Assembly: GCF_000017945.1 (NCBI RefSeq)
Contig: NC_009776.1
Location: forward strand, 1,080,001 to 1,112,000
Direction: 5' to 3'
Length of the DNA stretch: 32,000 nucleotides
Source of the DNA: Ignicoccus hospitalis KIN4/I
Lineage (GTDB): Archaea; Thermoproteota; Thermoprotei_A; Sulfolobales; Ignicoccaceae
In this document: one piece after another, positions 15,812 through 22,164 of the stretch
How the letters are laid out: the number at the start of each line of letters is the position of its first letter
How positions within the stretch are numbered: the stretch's first letter is position 1
The notes under the pieces: generated by a model
Databases searched by the model: none
What the model was told of the DNA's origin: nothing
The model's input: only the letters and a program-made list of their open reading frames with translations
Program-made: the position numbers and the translations under genes

Positions 15812-15827
15812 GTTAGGTATACCTAAC
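15812..15827. promoter_or_regulatory. perfect 16-bp palindrome GTTAGGTATACCTAAC over the putative feoA TATA box (DtxR/IdeR-like half-sites)
   Basis: The palindrome is exact and is centred on TATA, 31-46 nt upstream of the feoA ATG (15858). Its half-sites TTAGGT/ACCTAA match the arms of the DtxR/IdeR iron-box consensus TTAGGTTAGSCTAACCTAA, but with shorter spacing. Confidence 0.45.
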
Positions 15828-15857
15828 AAGTTTTTTAGGAGGGGCTCCCGAGCTTAT

Positions 15858-16097
15858 ATGGGGGTTACGGTGTATCTGTCGGAAGCGCCGGAGGGGTCGT
15901 TGGTAAGGGTAGTTAGGATAGAAGGCGGCTTCGGCGCGGTCAGGAAGTTATACGAACTAGGAATAAGGGAAGGATCAACCATTAAGGTGGTTAGGAACCC
16001 TCCCATAGGGCCCCTAATAGTGGAGGTGGACGGTTCGACAATAGCTTTAGGGAGGGGCATAGCTTCCAAAGTCGCGGTGGAGGTTGTGGAGCGGTGA
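15858..16097 (+). CDS. feoA: FeoA-family (DtxR C-terminal SH3-like) domain protein
   Basis: 79 aa from ATG 15858. The sequence MGVTVYLSEAPEGSLVRVVRIEGGFGAVRKLYELGIREGSTIKVVRNPPIGPLIVEVDGSTIALGRGIASKVAVEVV fits the FeoA pattern (L..l..G....v..i......rrL..lGi..G..i.v.......p..v.v.g....l....A..i.v). The track's longer 15723 start would run through the promoter palindromes. Confidence 0.7.
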   Translation: MGVTVYLSEAPEGSLVRVVRIEGGFGAVRKLYELGIREGSTIKVVRNPPIGPLIVEVDGSTIALGRGIASKVAVEVVER

Positions 16098-16384
16098 ACG
16101 CTAAGGACGTCGTCGGTTTTGCGTTCCTCACCATCGGCTTGGCCGTCAGCGCGTTGGCGTGGTCTACCCTCTTCTTGCCAGACCCGATAGCGCTAAAGGT
16201 GTTAGAAGTTCTGGCCGTGGCCGCCTTCAGCGTGCTCGGCGGCGTGGTGGCTTGGATAGGGCTCCAGCTCCTAAGGAGCCCGCCGCCCAAGCCCGTGGAA
16301 GAGTTGGAGAGGGAGCTGAGGGAGGAGATAGACACCATAAGGAAGGAAGTGTTAGAAAAGCTCAGGGGCAGTACTCGGGATTGA
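16094..16384 (+). CDS. small membrane protein (2 predicted TM helices plus charged helical tail)
   Basis: 96 aa. Its GTG start overlaps the feoA stop (GTGA). The hydrophobic segments are VVGFAFLTIGLAVSALAWSTLFL and VLEVLAVAAFSVLGGVVAWIGLQLL, followed by PPPKPVEELERELREEIDTIRKEVLEKL. Confidence 0.5.
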   Translation: MNAKDVVGFAFLTIGLAVSALAWSTLFLPDPIALKVLEVLAVAAFSVLGGVVAWIGLQLLRSPPPKPVEELERELREEIDTIRKEVLEKLRGSTRD

Positions 16385-16784
16385 GCAACGCGAGGAGCTT
16401 TCTGGCGCCCACGTTCACTACGGCCGCGCCCCCGGCGCTCAACTTCGCCTCGCACCCTAAGCCCCTAAGGACCTCCTCCAAGTCAGGGTTGTGAGCCACG
16501 TACAAGGCTCCGGGTTTGAAAACCTTCGCGAACGTCTCTAAGTTGAACTTACCGGAGGACAACTCTTCCTTGACCTCGTAGGGAACGTTGAATACCTCGG
16601 AGAGGATCTCTGCGGTCTCCTTGGCCCTCCTGAGGGGGCTGGAGTATATCGCTGTGGGCGTGGGCAAACACTTGGCAACCCTCCTCACGTCCTCCTTGCC
16701 CTCCTCGGTGAGCCACCTCTCCTCGTCGCTCCCCGCCCTCTGGGCGCTGACGGCCTTCCCGTGGCGGAAGAGTATCGCGATCAA
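16362..16784 (-). CDS. histidine phosphatase superfamily protein, SixA-like phosphohistidine phosphatase
   Basis: 140 aa. It has the RHG motif (AILFRHGKA), SSPLRRAKETAEIL, and a second catalytic His in VAHNPDLEEVL. The size is typical of SixA. Confidence 0.7.
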   Translation of the reverse strand: MIAILFRHGKAVSAQRAGSDEERWLTEEGKEDVRRVAKCLPTPTAIYSSPLRRAKETAEILSEVFNVPYEVKEELSSGKFNLETFAKVFKPGALYVAHNPDLEEVLRGLGCEAKLSAGGAAVVNVGARKLLALLNPEYCP

Positions 16785-16835
16785 CGCGCCTCCCGGCTTT
16801 TCAGCGGCGGAGGGGTTAATCGCAGAGGGCCCGGG

Positions 16836-17627
16836 ATGCTGGACTTGTTGTTGTGCACCTTCCTAGCCCCTCAGCTCCTAGGGGGCTTCGCCCTGCCGGG
16901 GGCTTGCGAGCTGCTGAAGACTGGCTTGGCCTTGTGCCACCACCAGAGGCTGACGAGCGTTTACTACTTGAGCCCCGAGCCGGTTTACTTAGGCACGTTT
17001 TCTAACTTGGACGCCGCGGCCTACTGGAACGGGACCTTGGCTCTGCACTTCAAGGGGGAGGACTACGTAAAGGTGGGCGACCTCGAGCTCCCGCTCCCCG
17101 GGGGCGACGTCTGCTTCATGGACTTCGAAGGCGGGGTGCTGCTGGTCGTAGGGAGGTCGTGGGCAGTAGCGTATAACGTCAGCTCCTTGGAGCTGGAGTG
17201 GTCCGCCGGAGGGGTCAGCTGCCCGGCGGACTTGTCGCCAGACGGGAGGAGGGCGGCGGTCTACAGTAAGGACTTGGGGGGAGTCTTAATTATTGATATA
17301 AAGAAGAAGGTGGCTGAAGGCGTGGTAAAGGTGTGCTCTCCGAAGGACGTGAGCTTGAGCGAGAGAGGGTACCTAGTCACTTCGTGTAGTTCCTCCATCT
17401 TCAACGGCAAGAAGTTGAGGTTCGGGGGATACGCGGGCCTCGCTTGGGAGGCCGCGCTGTTGTTGAACAAGAGCTGTAAGGGCGTTATGCTAGTAACGGC
17501 GGACAACAAGGACTACTGCTTCGACTTGGGCTTTACCCCGGACGGCGCGGCCTTGGTCGGGGGAGCTCTGGTAGTTAACAAGGGCGGGGCTTTCATCTTG
17601 TTGAAGCCCTACTTGCCCTCCAAGTAG
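16836..17627 (+). CDS. hypothetical secreted/exported protein, possible beta-propeller-like repeats
   Basis: The start is placed at ATG 16836 (MLDLLLCTFLAPQLLGGFALPGA is signal-peptide-like), which avoids overlap with the SixA-like gene. Repeated ..SPDGRR.. and ..TPDGAAL.. beta-strand-rich segments are present. No family call. Confidence 0.45.
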   Translation: MLDLLLCTFLAPQLLGGFALPGACELLKTGLALCHHQRLTSVYYLSPEPVYLGTFSNLDAAAYWNGTLALHFKGEDYVKVGDLELPLPGGDVCFMDFEGGVLLVVGRSWAVAYNVSSLELEWSAGGVSCPADLSPDGRRAAVYSKDLGGVLIIDIKKKVAEGVVKVCSPKDVSLSERGYLVTSCSSSIFNGKKLRFGGYAGLAWEAALLLNKSCKGVMLVTADNKDYCFDLGFTPDGAALVGGALVVNKGGAFILLKPYLPSK

Positions 17628-18055
17628 ATGACGTACTTCAGCGCCTCCACCAGCTCTTTCAAGTAGTTTATCTCTGCCTTGACGGAGCTCAAGTCCGAGT
17701 TTACGCGGGATTCTAAGGAGTTCACGGCCGAGGTCAGCTTCGCGTAAAGCAGCTTGAGGTCCACCAAATCCTTGTTAAGTTGTGCCTCTAACAGGGTGAT
17801 CTTCCACATCATGAAGGCTATCGCCACAGCTTGTACTATTATGATGGAGGCCAGCGCGAGCTGGGCCGCGCTCACCTCCTTCACTCTAACCTCCTCGAAC
17901 TCCTCCCTCACCTTCTTCGGGTCCAAGAAGCAGTCCTCCTCGCACCTCTCCACTATCCTTTTGACCTCCTCGTAACACTTCTTGTCCAAGTTGGGGAGCT
18001 TCTTAGCGCACTTCCAAAGCCCTCTGATCTCGAGCTCCGCCCTCAAGTGGTCCAA
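17609..18055 (-). CDS. hypothetical membrane-anchored coiled-coil protein with N-terminal 4-Cys segment
   Basis: 148 aa. It has CAKKLPNLDKKCYEEVKRIVERCEEDC, a TM helix (AAQLALASIIIVQAVAIAFMMW) and a C-terminal heptad-like region. It is the last gene of a minus-strand run and overlaps the upstream gene by 13 nt. Confidence 0.5.
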   Translation of the reverse strand: MDHLRAELEIRGLWKCAKKLPNLDKKCYEEVKRIVERCEEDCFLDPKKVREEFEEVRVKEVSAAQLALASIIIVQAVAIAFMMWKITLLEAQLNKDLVDLKLLYAKLTSAVNSLESRVNSDLSSVKAEINYLKELVEALKYVIYLEGK

Positions 18056-18435
18056 ACTCTTCCCGTGGAGGGGTCGAACTCAACCCTTCTAACTTTACCG
18101 TAGAGCTTGGCGAAGGTGGGCGACTGCGTCAAAACGGCGAACTCGGTGGCCGCCGCGAAGCCCTCCTCCTCTACCCACTCCCTCGGGCCGTCGAAGGGCT
18201 CCGCGCCCTTCAAGGGCTCCACGCACTGGGGCTTGCCCTTGAGAAGCTGGAGGGCGAAGTGGTAGCTGGCCCTCGCGAGCTCCGCCAGGGTGTCGGCGCA
18301 GAGCCTGTACCTCTTCCCGGGGACCTCGAAGGTTACGCACCGCCCCTCCACGAAGGCCGAGTAGCCGCTCCCTCCCGGCAACTCCTCCGGGCAAATCCGC
18401 TTCAAGTTCCCACCGCCTCTGGAAGGGGTATACAA
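18043..18435 (-). CDS. hypothetical protein
   Basis: 130 aa in the same operon-like run as the flavin reductase and aldolase. No recognisable motif. Alternative-frame ORFs here are Arg/Gly/Pro-rich artefacts. Confidence 0.45.
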   Translation of the reverse strand: MYTPSRGGGNLKRICPEELPGGSGYSAFVEGRCVTFEVPGKRYRLCADTLAELARASYHFALQLLKGKPQCVEPLKGAEPFDGPREWVEEEGFAAATEFAVLTQSPTFAKLYGKVRRVEFDPSTGRVWTT

Positions 18436-18499
18436 GGGGCAGAGTCGGGCCGGCTCACCGACCGCCCTCGGCGGCCTCGACGACCGCCGCTTCGGCCCA

Positions 18500-19033
18500 T
18501 TACTCCTTTTTATATTTTCCTTTAACGACGTACTCCTCGCACGGGGGCAAGAGGAAGACCTTCCCCGCCTTCTGCATTGGGACCTTCACTTGCCTCAAGT
18601 CCCATCCCCAGCGCCCGAAGGGCCTCTCCGCCTTCCAGTTCACCACCTTCCCCACGTAGAACACGACGTCCCCTACGTCCAAAGACTTCAAGACCTCGCA
18701 TTCGGCCCACCCCGCCGCCCCCTCGGGCACGGGGGAGGGGACCTTCTCGCCCTTCCTCCACCCCACCCTCTCGAGCTTGTTCTCCTCCTCGCAGCTCACG
18801 GTCCCCAAGTACCAGAGCAGCTCCGGGTCCTCTACTACGGAGACCGTAAAGTGGCCGTACTTCTCTATCAACTTTTGGGTGCAGCCGTCCTTCTCGACCG
18901 CCACCCCCACGGTGGGGGGCTCCGTGGAGACGGGGGTCACCCAAGAAGCCGTCATGAAGTTCCCGTCCGAGGGAGGGACGCCCGAGCCCACCACGAAGGC
19001 CGGACGCGGGTGGAACAAGTAGTACCACTTCAT
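18500..19033 (-). CDS. flavin reductase-like FMN-binding domain protein (flavoredoxin family)
   Basis: 177 aa. The segment LFHPRPAFVVGSG...GNFMTASWVTPVSTEPPTVGVAVEKDGCTQKLIEKYGHFTVSVV fits PF01613 (P.PV.lvt......N.mt.sw....s..PP.v.v.v......t...i.....f.vn.l). Its start overlaps the aldolase stop (ATGA). Confidence 0.7.
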   Translation of the reverse strand: MKWYYLFHPRPAFVVGSGVPPSDGNFMTASWVTPVSTEPPTVGVAVEKDGCTQKLIEKYGHFTVSVVEDPELLWYLGTVSCEEENKLERVGWRKGEKVPSPVPEGAAGWAECEVLKSLDVGDVVFYVGKVVNWKAERPFGRWGWDLRQVKVPMQKAGKVFLLPPCEEYVVKGKYKKE

Positions 19034-19581
19034 CCCCTAACAGCCCTCTCCAACAGCGCGAGCTCGGCTAAGTATTCGAGTGCCTCGAGCTTGTTCAGCG
19101 CCTCGTAGGGGTCCTTACCCAAGGCGACTGCCCCGTGACCCTCGAGCAAGATCACGTCCGCCCTGGTGGACTCCTCCGCGACCCTCCGGGCGAGCTCCTC
19201 GCTCCCGGCCTCTAAGGGCGGAACCCTCGCCAGCTCCCTTATCGCGTAGGCCGTCTCCACGTACTCGCTGGGGTCCAGCGGGAGCCCTAGCTTTGCGGCC
19301 AAGACCGCTTTGGGGTTGTGGGCGTGCACCACCGAGCGCGCGTCGGTCTTCATGTATATTAGGGCGTGCATCTTGTACTCTATGGAAGGCTTCGGCCCTC
19401 GCCACTTCAAGTCGTTCAAGCTCACTACGCTCAGCTCCTTTATATCGTTCTTCGGTACGCCGGAAGGCGTTATTAGGAAGACGTCCCCGCACCTCGCGCT
19501 GGCGTTGCCGCTCAACACCGTTATCATTCCCTTTTGATAGAGCAACTTCATGACTTCAATTACTGGGCGCGCGTCACACAA
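19030..19581 (-). CDS. class II aldolase/adducin-family protein (fuculose-1-P aldolase / MtnB / ribulose-5-P epimerase-like)
   Basis: 183 aa. It shows GNASAR, FLITPSG, metal-ligand His residues in VVHAHNP, and LLEGHGAVALGKDPYEAL. Substrate specificity cannot be decided by eye. Confidence 0.8.
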   Translation of the reverse strand: MCDARPVIEVMKLLYQKGMITVLSGNASARCGDVFLITPSGVPKNDIKELSVVSLNDLKWRGPKPSIEYKMHALIYMKTDARSVVHAHNPKAVLAAKLGLPLDPSEYVETAYAIRELARVPPLEAGSEELARRVAEESTRADVILLEGHGAVALGKDPYEALNKLEALEYLAELALLERAVRG

Positions 19582-19999
19582 GGCCCAGTCCCCGGAGCCT
19601 GCGCAAGACCTCGTTTAGGGCCTTCCACTCCTCGGGGAAGACCCTCTCCGGCGGGTTGTTAACCACCTCTTCCCAGTTGTGCTTGACCCACGAGCACGCT
19701 CTCGAAACTTCTATAAACACCTTCCCGTCCTTAACCCTGACGTTGAGCGGGTACATCTTACAGCTCAATGGCTTTTTCTCGTGAATCTTACACCTCCCCG
19801 TCTCGGGGTCGTTGAAGGGGCACCGGCCCTTGATCACCCAGCGGTAGAGGCCGGGGAGGAGCTCTACGAACTCCCTCTGCCCCATCCTCTCCAGCTCCTC
19901 CTTCTCGTCTTCAAACACCACCGGCATCTCGTCCTCCCTCTCGAAGACGCAGCAGCGCTTGCACTCCTCGTTATACGGGCATTTGAACAAGGAGGGCAC
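19574..19999 (-). CDS. YkgJ/UPF0153-type Cys-cluster (putative Zn/Fe-S) protein
   Basis: The C-terminal motif GRCPFNDPETGRCKIHEKKPLSCKMYP matches C.fl....g.C.iy..RP..Cr.yP. An N-terminal CPYNEECKRCC motif matches C..C...CC. The track ORF starts at ATG 20095, but residues 1-32 look like antisense of the ferredoxin gene. I therefore place the start at GTG 19999 (TTG 19990 is also possible). Confidence 0.6.
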   Translation of the reverse strand: MPSLFKCPYNEECKRCCVFEREDEMPVVFEDEKEELERMGQREFVELLPGLYRWVIKGRCPFNDPETGRCKIHEKKPLSCKMYPLNVRVKDGKVFIEVSRACSWVKHNWEEVVNNPPERVFPEEWKALNEVLRRLRGLGLV

Positions 20000-20012
20000 C
20001 GGGGGAGACCCT

Positions 20013-20231
20013 TTGGAGGAGGGGTTAGGGAGGGTTTCGGTCGACCCGGAAAGGTGTGACGGCTGCGGCCTGTGCGTTGAGCTGTGTCCCTTCAACTCCC
20101 TAGCGATGGAGGGCGGAACGGTGAGGCAAGTAGGGCCTTGTTACCTCTGCGGGGGCTGTGAGGCCTTATGCAAGGCGATAAGGGTAGAACCTTTGTTGGA
20201 GCCTAAGGAGTTCGATGAAGGCTTCCGCTAA
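20013..20231 (+). CDS. 2x[4Fe-4S] ferredoxin-type small protein
   Basis: It has CDGCGLCVELCP (CxxCxxCxxxCP) and CYLCGGCEALC (CxxCxxCxxxC). The start is uncertain among ATG 19959, TTG 19983 and TTG 20013. All three choices overlap or abut the divergent YkgJ-like gene. Confidence 0.65.
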   Translation: MEEGLGRVSVDPERCDGCGLCVELCPFNSLAMEGGTVRQVGPCYLCGGCEALCKAIRVEPLLEPKEFDEGFR

Positions 20232-20484
20232 GGCCTCATCCGCCCTCGAGGTGGTAAATGCGGTTAGATTGCCAGCATTCACCAACCAGAAAGTATGAAG
20301 CTTCGCGTGACACAGAAAACACCTTACATACTATCGCATCCTCCAGCACCAAGGATGAAAGGTAGGGACACGCAAGGGAGGCAAGCCTAAGGAGTCTTTA
20401 AAAGTGTATGACATTCATGTCCTCCCTGCATAATTTGTCCTTACTATAAATCCTTGAGAGAGGTGAAGGGAACGGGGCCAAGGT

Positions 20485-20943
20485 ATGACCTACGAGCTGG
20501 TCAAAACCGATGAAGGCACTTTAAGCGTTAAAGGTCATTCGATCCGATTTATGCTCATTCCCTCCTCCGCATTAGTTAAGATACACGAGGAACTCAAGAA
20601 AGTGTTGGGACCGGCGGCGGACGTAATGATGAGGAAGGTAGGGGAGGGCTTTGGAGAAGCGGTAGTGGAGTTGGTCAAAAAGGAGGAGGGCAGCGACGTA
20701 GATTCGATAAAGAGGTTTTTGGAGAAGAGCGGGTTCGGCGTTGTGGAAATAACTTCGGAGGGAAATGACAACTGCACCATTACGATACACAAGGCCCCCT
20801 CTAGGGACTTCGACACCAACGTGTGCAAGTTCGAGGAAGGAATAATAAAGGTGCTCTTAGAGGCCTTCAACGGAGGGAAGTGGAAGGTAAGGACCGTTAA
20901 GGCGGAAGGGGAGGACTGCGTCATAGAGGCGACCAAGGGCTAG
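20485..20943 (+). CDS. V4R (4-vinyl reductase-type) small-molecule-binding domain protein
   Basis: 152 aa. The N-terminal part, ...GHSIRFMLIPSSALVKIHEELKKVLGPAADVMMRKVGEGFGEAVV, and the C-terminal part, ...NVCKFEEGIIKVLLEAFNGGKWKVRTVKAEGEDCVIE, fit the V4R pattern (R..l.......l...l....G..a...ly..G...G ... C....G...G.l.........v.E..C...G...C.f). TACTATAAAT lies about 32 nt and GAGGTGAAGG about 17 nt upstream of the ATG. Confidence 0.6.
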   Translation: MTYELVKTDEGTLSVKGHSIRFMLIPSSALVKIHEELKKVLGPAADVMMRKVGEGFGEAVVELVKKEEGSDVDSIKRFLEKSGFGVVEITSEGNDNCTITIHKAPSRDFDTNVCKFEEGIIKVLLEAFNGGKWKVRTVKAEGEDCVIEATKG

Positions 20944-21300
20944 CTCACCCCAAGGCCCTCGCTACCGCCGTGCCCCAGCCCTCCCTCCTCCTCCCTTGAC
21001 CTAACTTCTCCTCCAGCACCTCCAACACCTCGTCCTTAGTCCCTTTTACCTTTATCTTCGTCCCGGCCGGAACCACTAGGGCCGGCTCCTTAGGCTTGTT
21101 GGAGACTATATCCCACCCGGTCCTAGCGACCTCCAGGAGGAGATCCCCTTGGGCACGTAGGTTCCAAGGACCTCCAGTTTCCCCCTCACGAGCGCCCTTC
21201 CGACCTCCTTGGAGGGTTCTCTCAAAGGCTTGCAGCGACGCTAAGCTGTTAAAGACTTCGCGATTGTGTTTATCTACTGTGGAAATTCCGATTAGATGCC

Positions 21301-22104
21301 TTAAATCTCCTTTCCTATCAAGAGTTTTATTATTTTGATTATGTCGTCTCCAGTGATTTTAGCCTCATCATTAATATTAATCCCACAACAACATAGGACA
21401 TAGGCGTAGAACAGCGCCGCCGCGTCGCCCTTCCACGGACAGTAGGGGAACCTGAATTTGTCCCTCGTGAGGGCCGCCCTAACGACCTCGTAGAACCACT
21501 CCGACCTGGAATCCAGCTTTTCCTCGCTCTTCAGGTAGGTGACGGCGGCCGCTAGGAGCAAGAACTTGCAGAACAGCTCTTGATTATCGATGCACTCCTT
21601 CACGTCACTTAAAGCTTGAGAAAGTCCCTGGGCCTTTCCATCATCGTAGCAAGTGTTGAACAGGTGTAGGATTTTATTGAGCTTAGACTTTTTCTCTCTA
21701 TCAATGGTATCCCAATTCTCCTTCAATTTTTCCAATAAATCCTTCAAGATCACGGTGCAATCATCTTGGCCCTTTCCACTGTCCCGTAGTTCTTTATGTA
21801 AACTCTTCTCTAGATCGTTAGGGTCTATCCCGGCTTCATGTACAGTCTTATTTAATACCTCCCTTAAGAACTTCTCCAAGAACCTCTTCGGGTCGTCCTT
21901 GCAGACGTCCTCACCCTCAAACAAGTTGTTCGAGAGCCCCTTCGCCAAATCTTTTAGCAGCTCTGAGGGGCTTACCTCATTGACGCCCTTCTCTTCACAC
22001 TTGCCTTTGCCCTCCTTTGGCCTCGGTAATACCTTTAGGAGGTTGTCGAGTTTCGTGAGTTCGTTCGCGCTCGACCCACTCCCTCCCGAGTCCTCATTGC
22101 TCAA
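21301..22104 (-). CDS. orphan Cys-rich, Lys/Asp/Glu-rich hypothetical protein with atypical composition (TTG start, no internal Met)
   Basis: This is a 267-aa open frame whose only canonical start is TTG 22104. It has ten Cys, including a VLCCCG run and FPYCPW, and a Gly/Ser-rich N-terminus. It uses AAA, GAT, AAT, TTA and CAT codons that the neighbours avoid. My hand count of 21301-22080 gives about 47% G+C, with 60-nt stretches of about 28-42%. I recognise no family. Confidence 0.5.
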   Translation of the reverse strand: MSNEDSGGSGSSANELTKLDNLLKVLPRPKEGKGKCEEKGVNEVSPSELLKDLAKGLSNNLFEGEDVCKDDPKRFLEKFLREVLNKTVHEAGIDPNDLEKSLHKELRDSGKGQDDCTVILKDLLEKLKENWDTIDREKKSKLNKILHLFNTCYDDGKAQGLSQALSDVKECIDNQELFCKFLLLAAAVTYLKSEEKLDSRSEWFYEVVRAALTRDKFRFPYCPWKGDAAALFYAYVLCCCGININDEAKITGDDIIKIIKLLIGKEI

Positions 22105-22164
22105 CCCTTCTCGCCATTTGAGACGGAAGGTGGCCGTTATTTATTCGTTCTCACAAGCTGTGGA

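Noticed and set aside
18060-18085. tRNA T-arm-like string GGGTCGAACTCAACCC
   Set aside because: It lies inside a coding region. There is no acceptor, D or anticodon arm context around it, and no other tRNA-like structure was found in the window.
18522-19108. Several 90-172-aa alternative-frame and antisense ORFs over the flavin reductase gene
   Set aside because: They are extremely Arg/Gly/Pro-rich translations. The flavin-reductase frame gives a recognisable domain and is translationally coupled to the aldolase gene.
19999-20095. First 32 codons of the 173-aa YkgJ-like ORF (ATG 20095)
   Set aside because: The translation (MKGHSSTHRPQPSHLSGSTETLPNPSSKGSPP) looks like the antisense of the ferredoxin CxxCxxCxxxCP region. 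The conserved Cys motif begins only after GTG 19999.
21096-21338. 80-aa plus-strand ORF in the ORF-free gap
   Set aside because: The translation is Arg/Pro/Ser-rich, has no Shine-Dalgarno or TATA context, and runs into the 3' end of the foreign ORF on the other strand. The minus-strand remnants look more coding-like.
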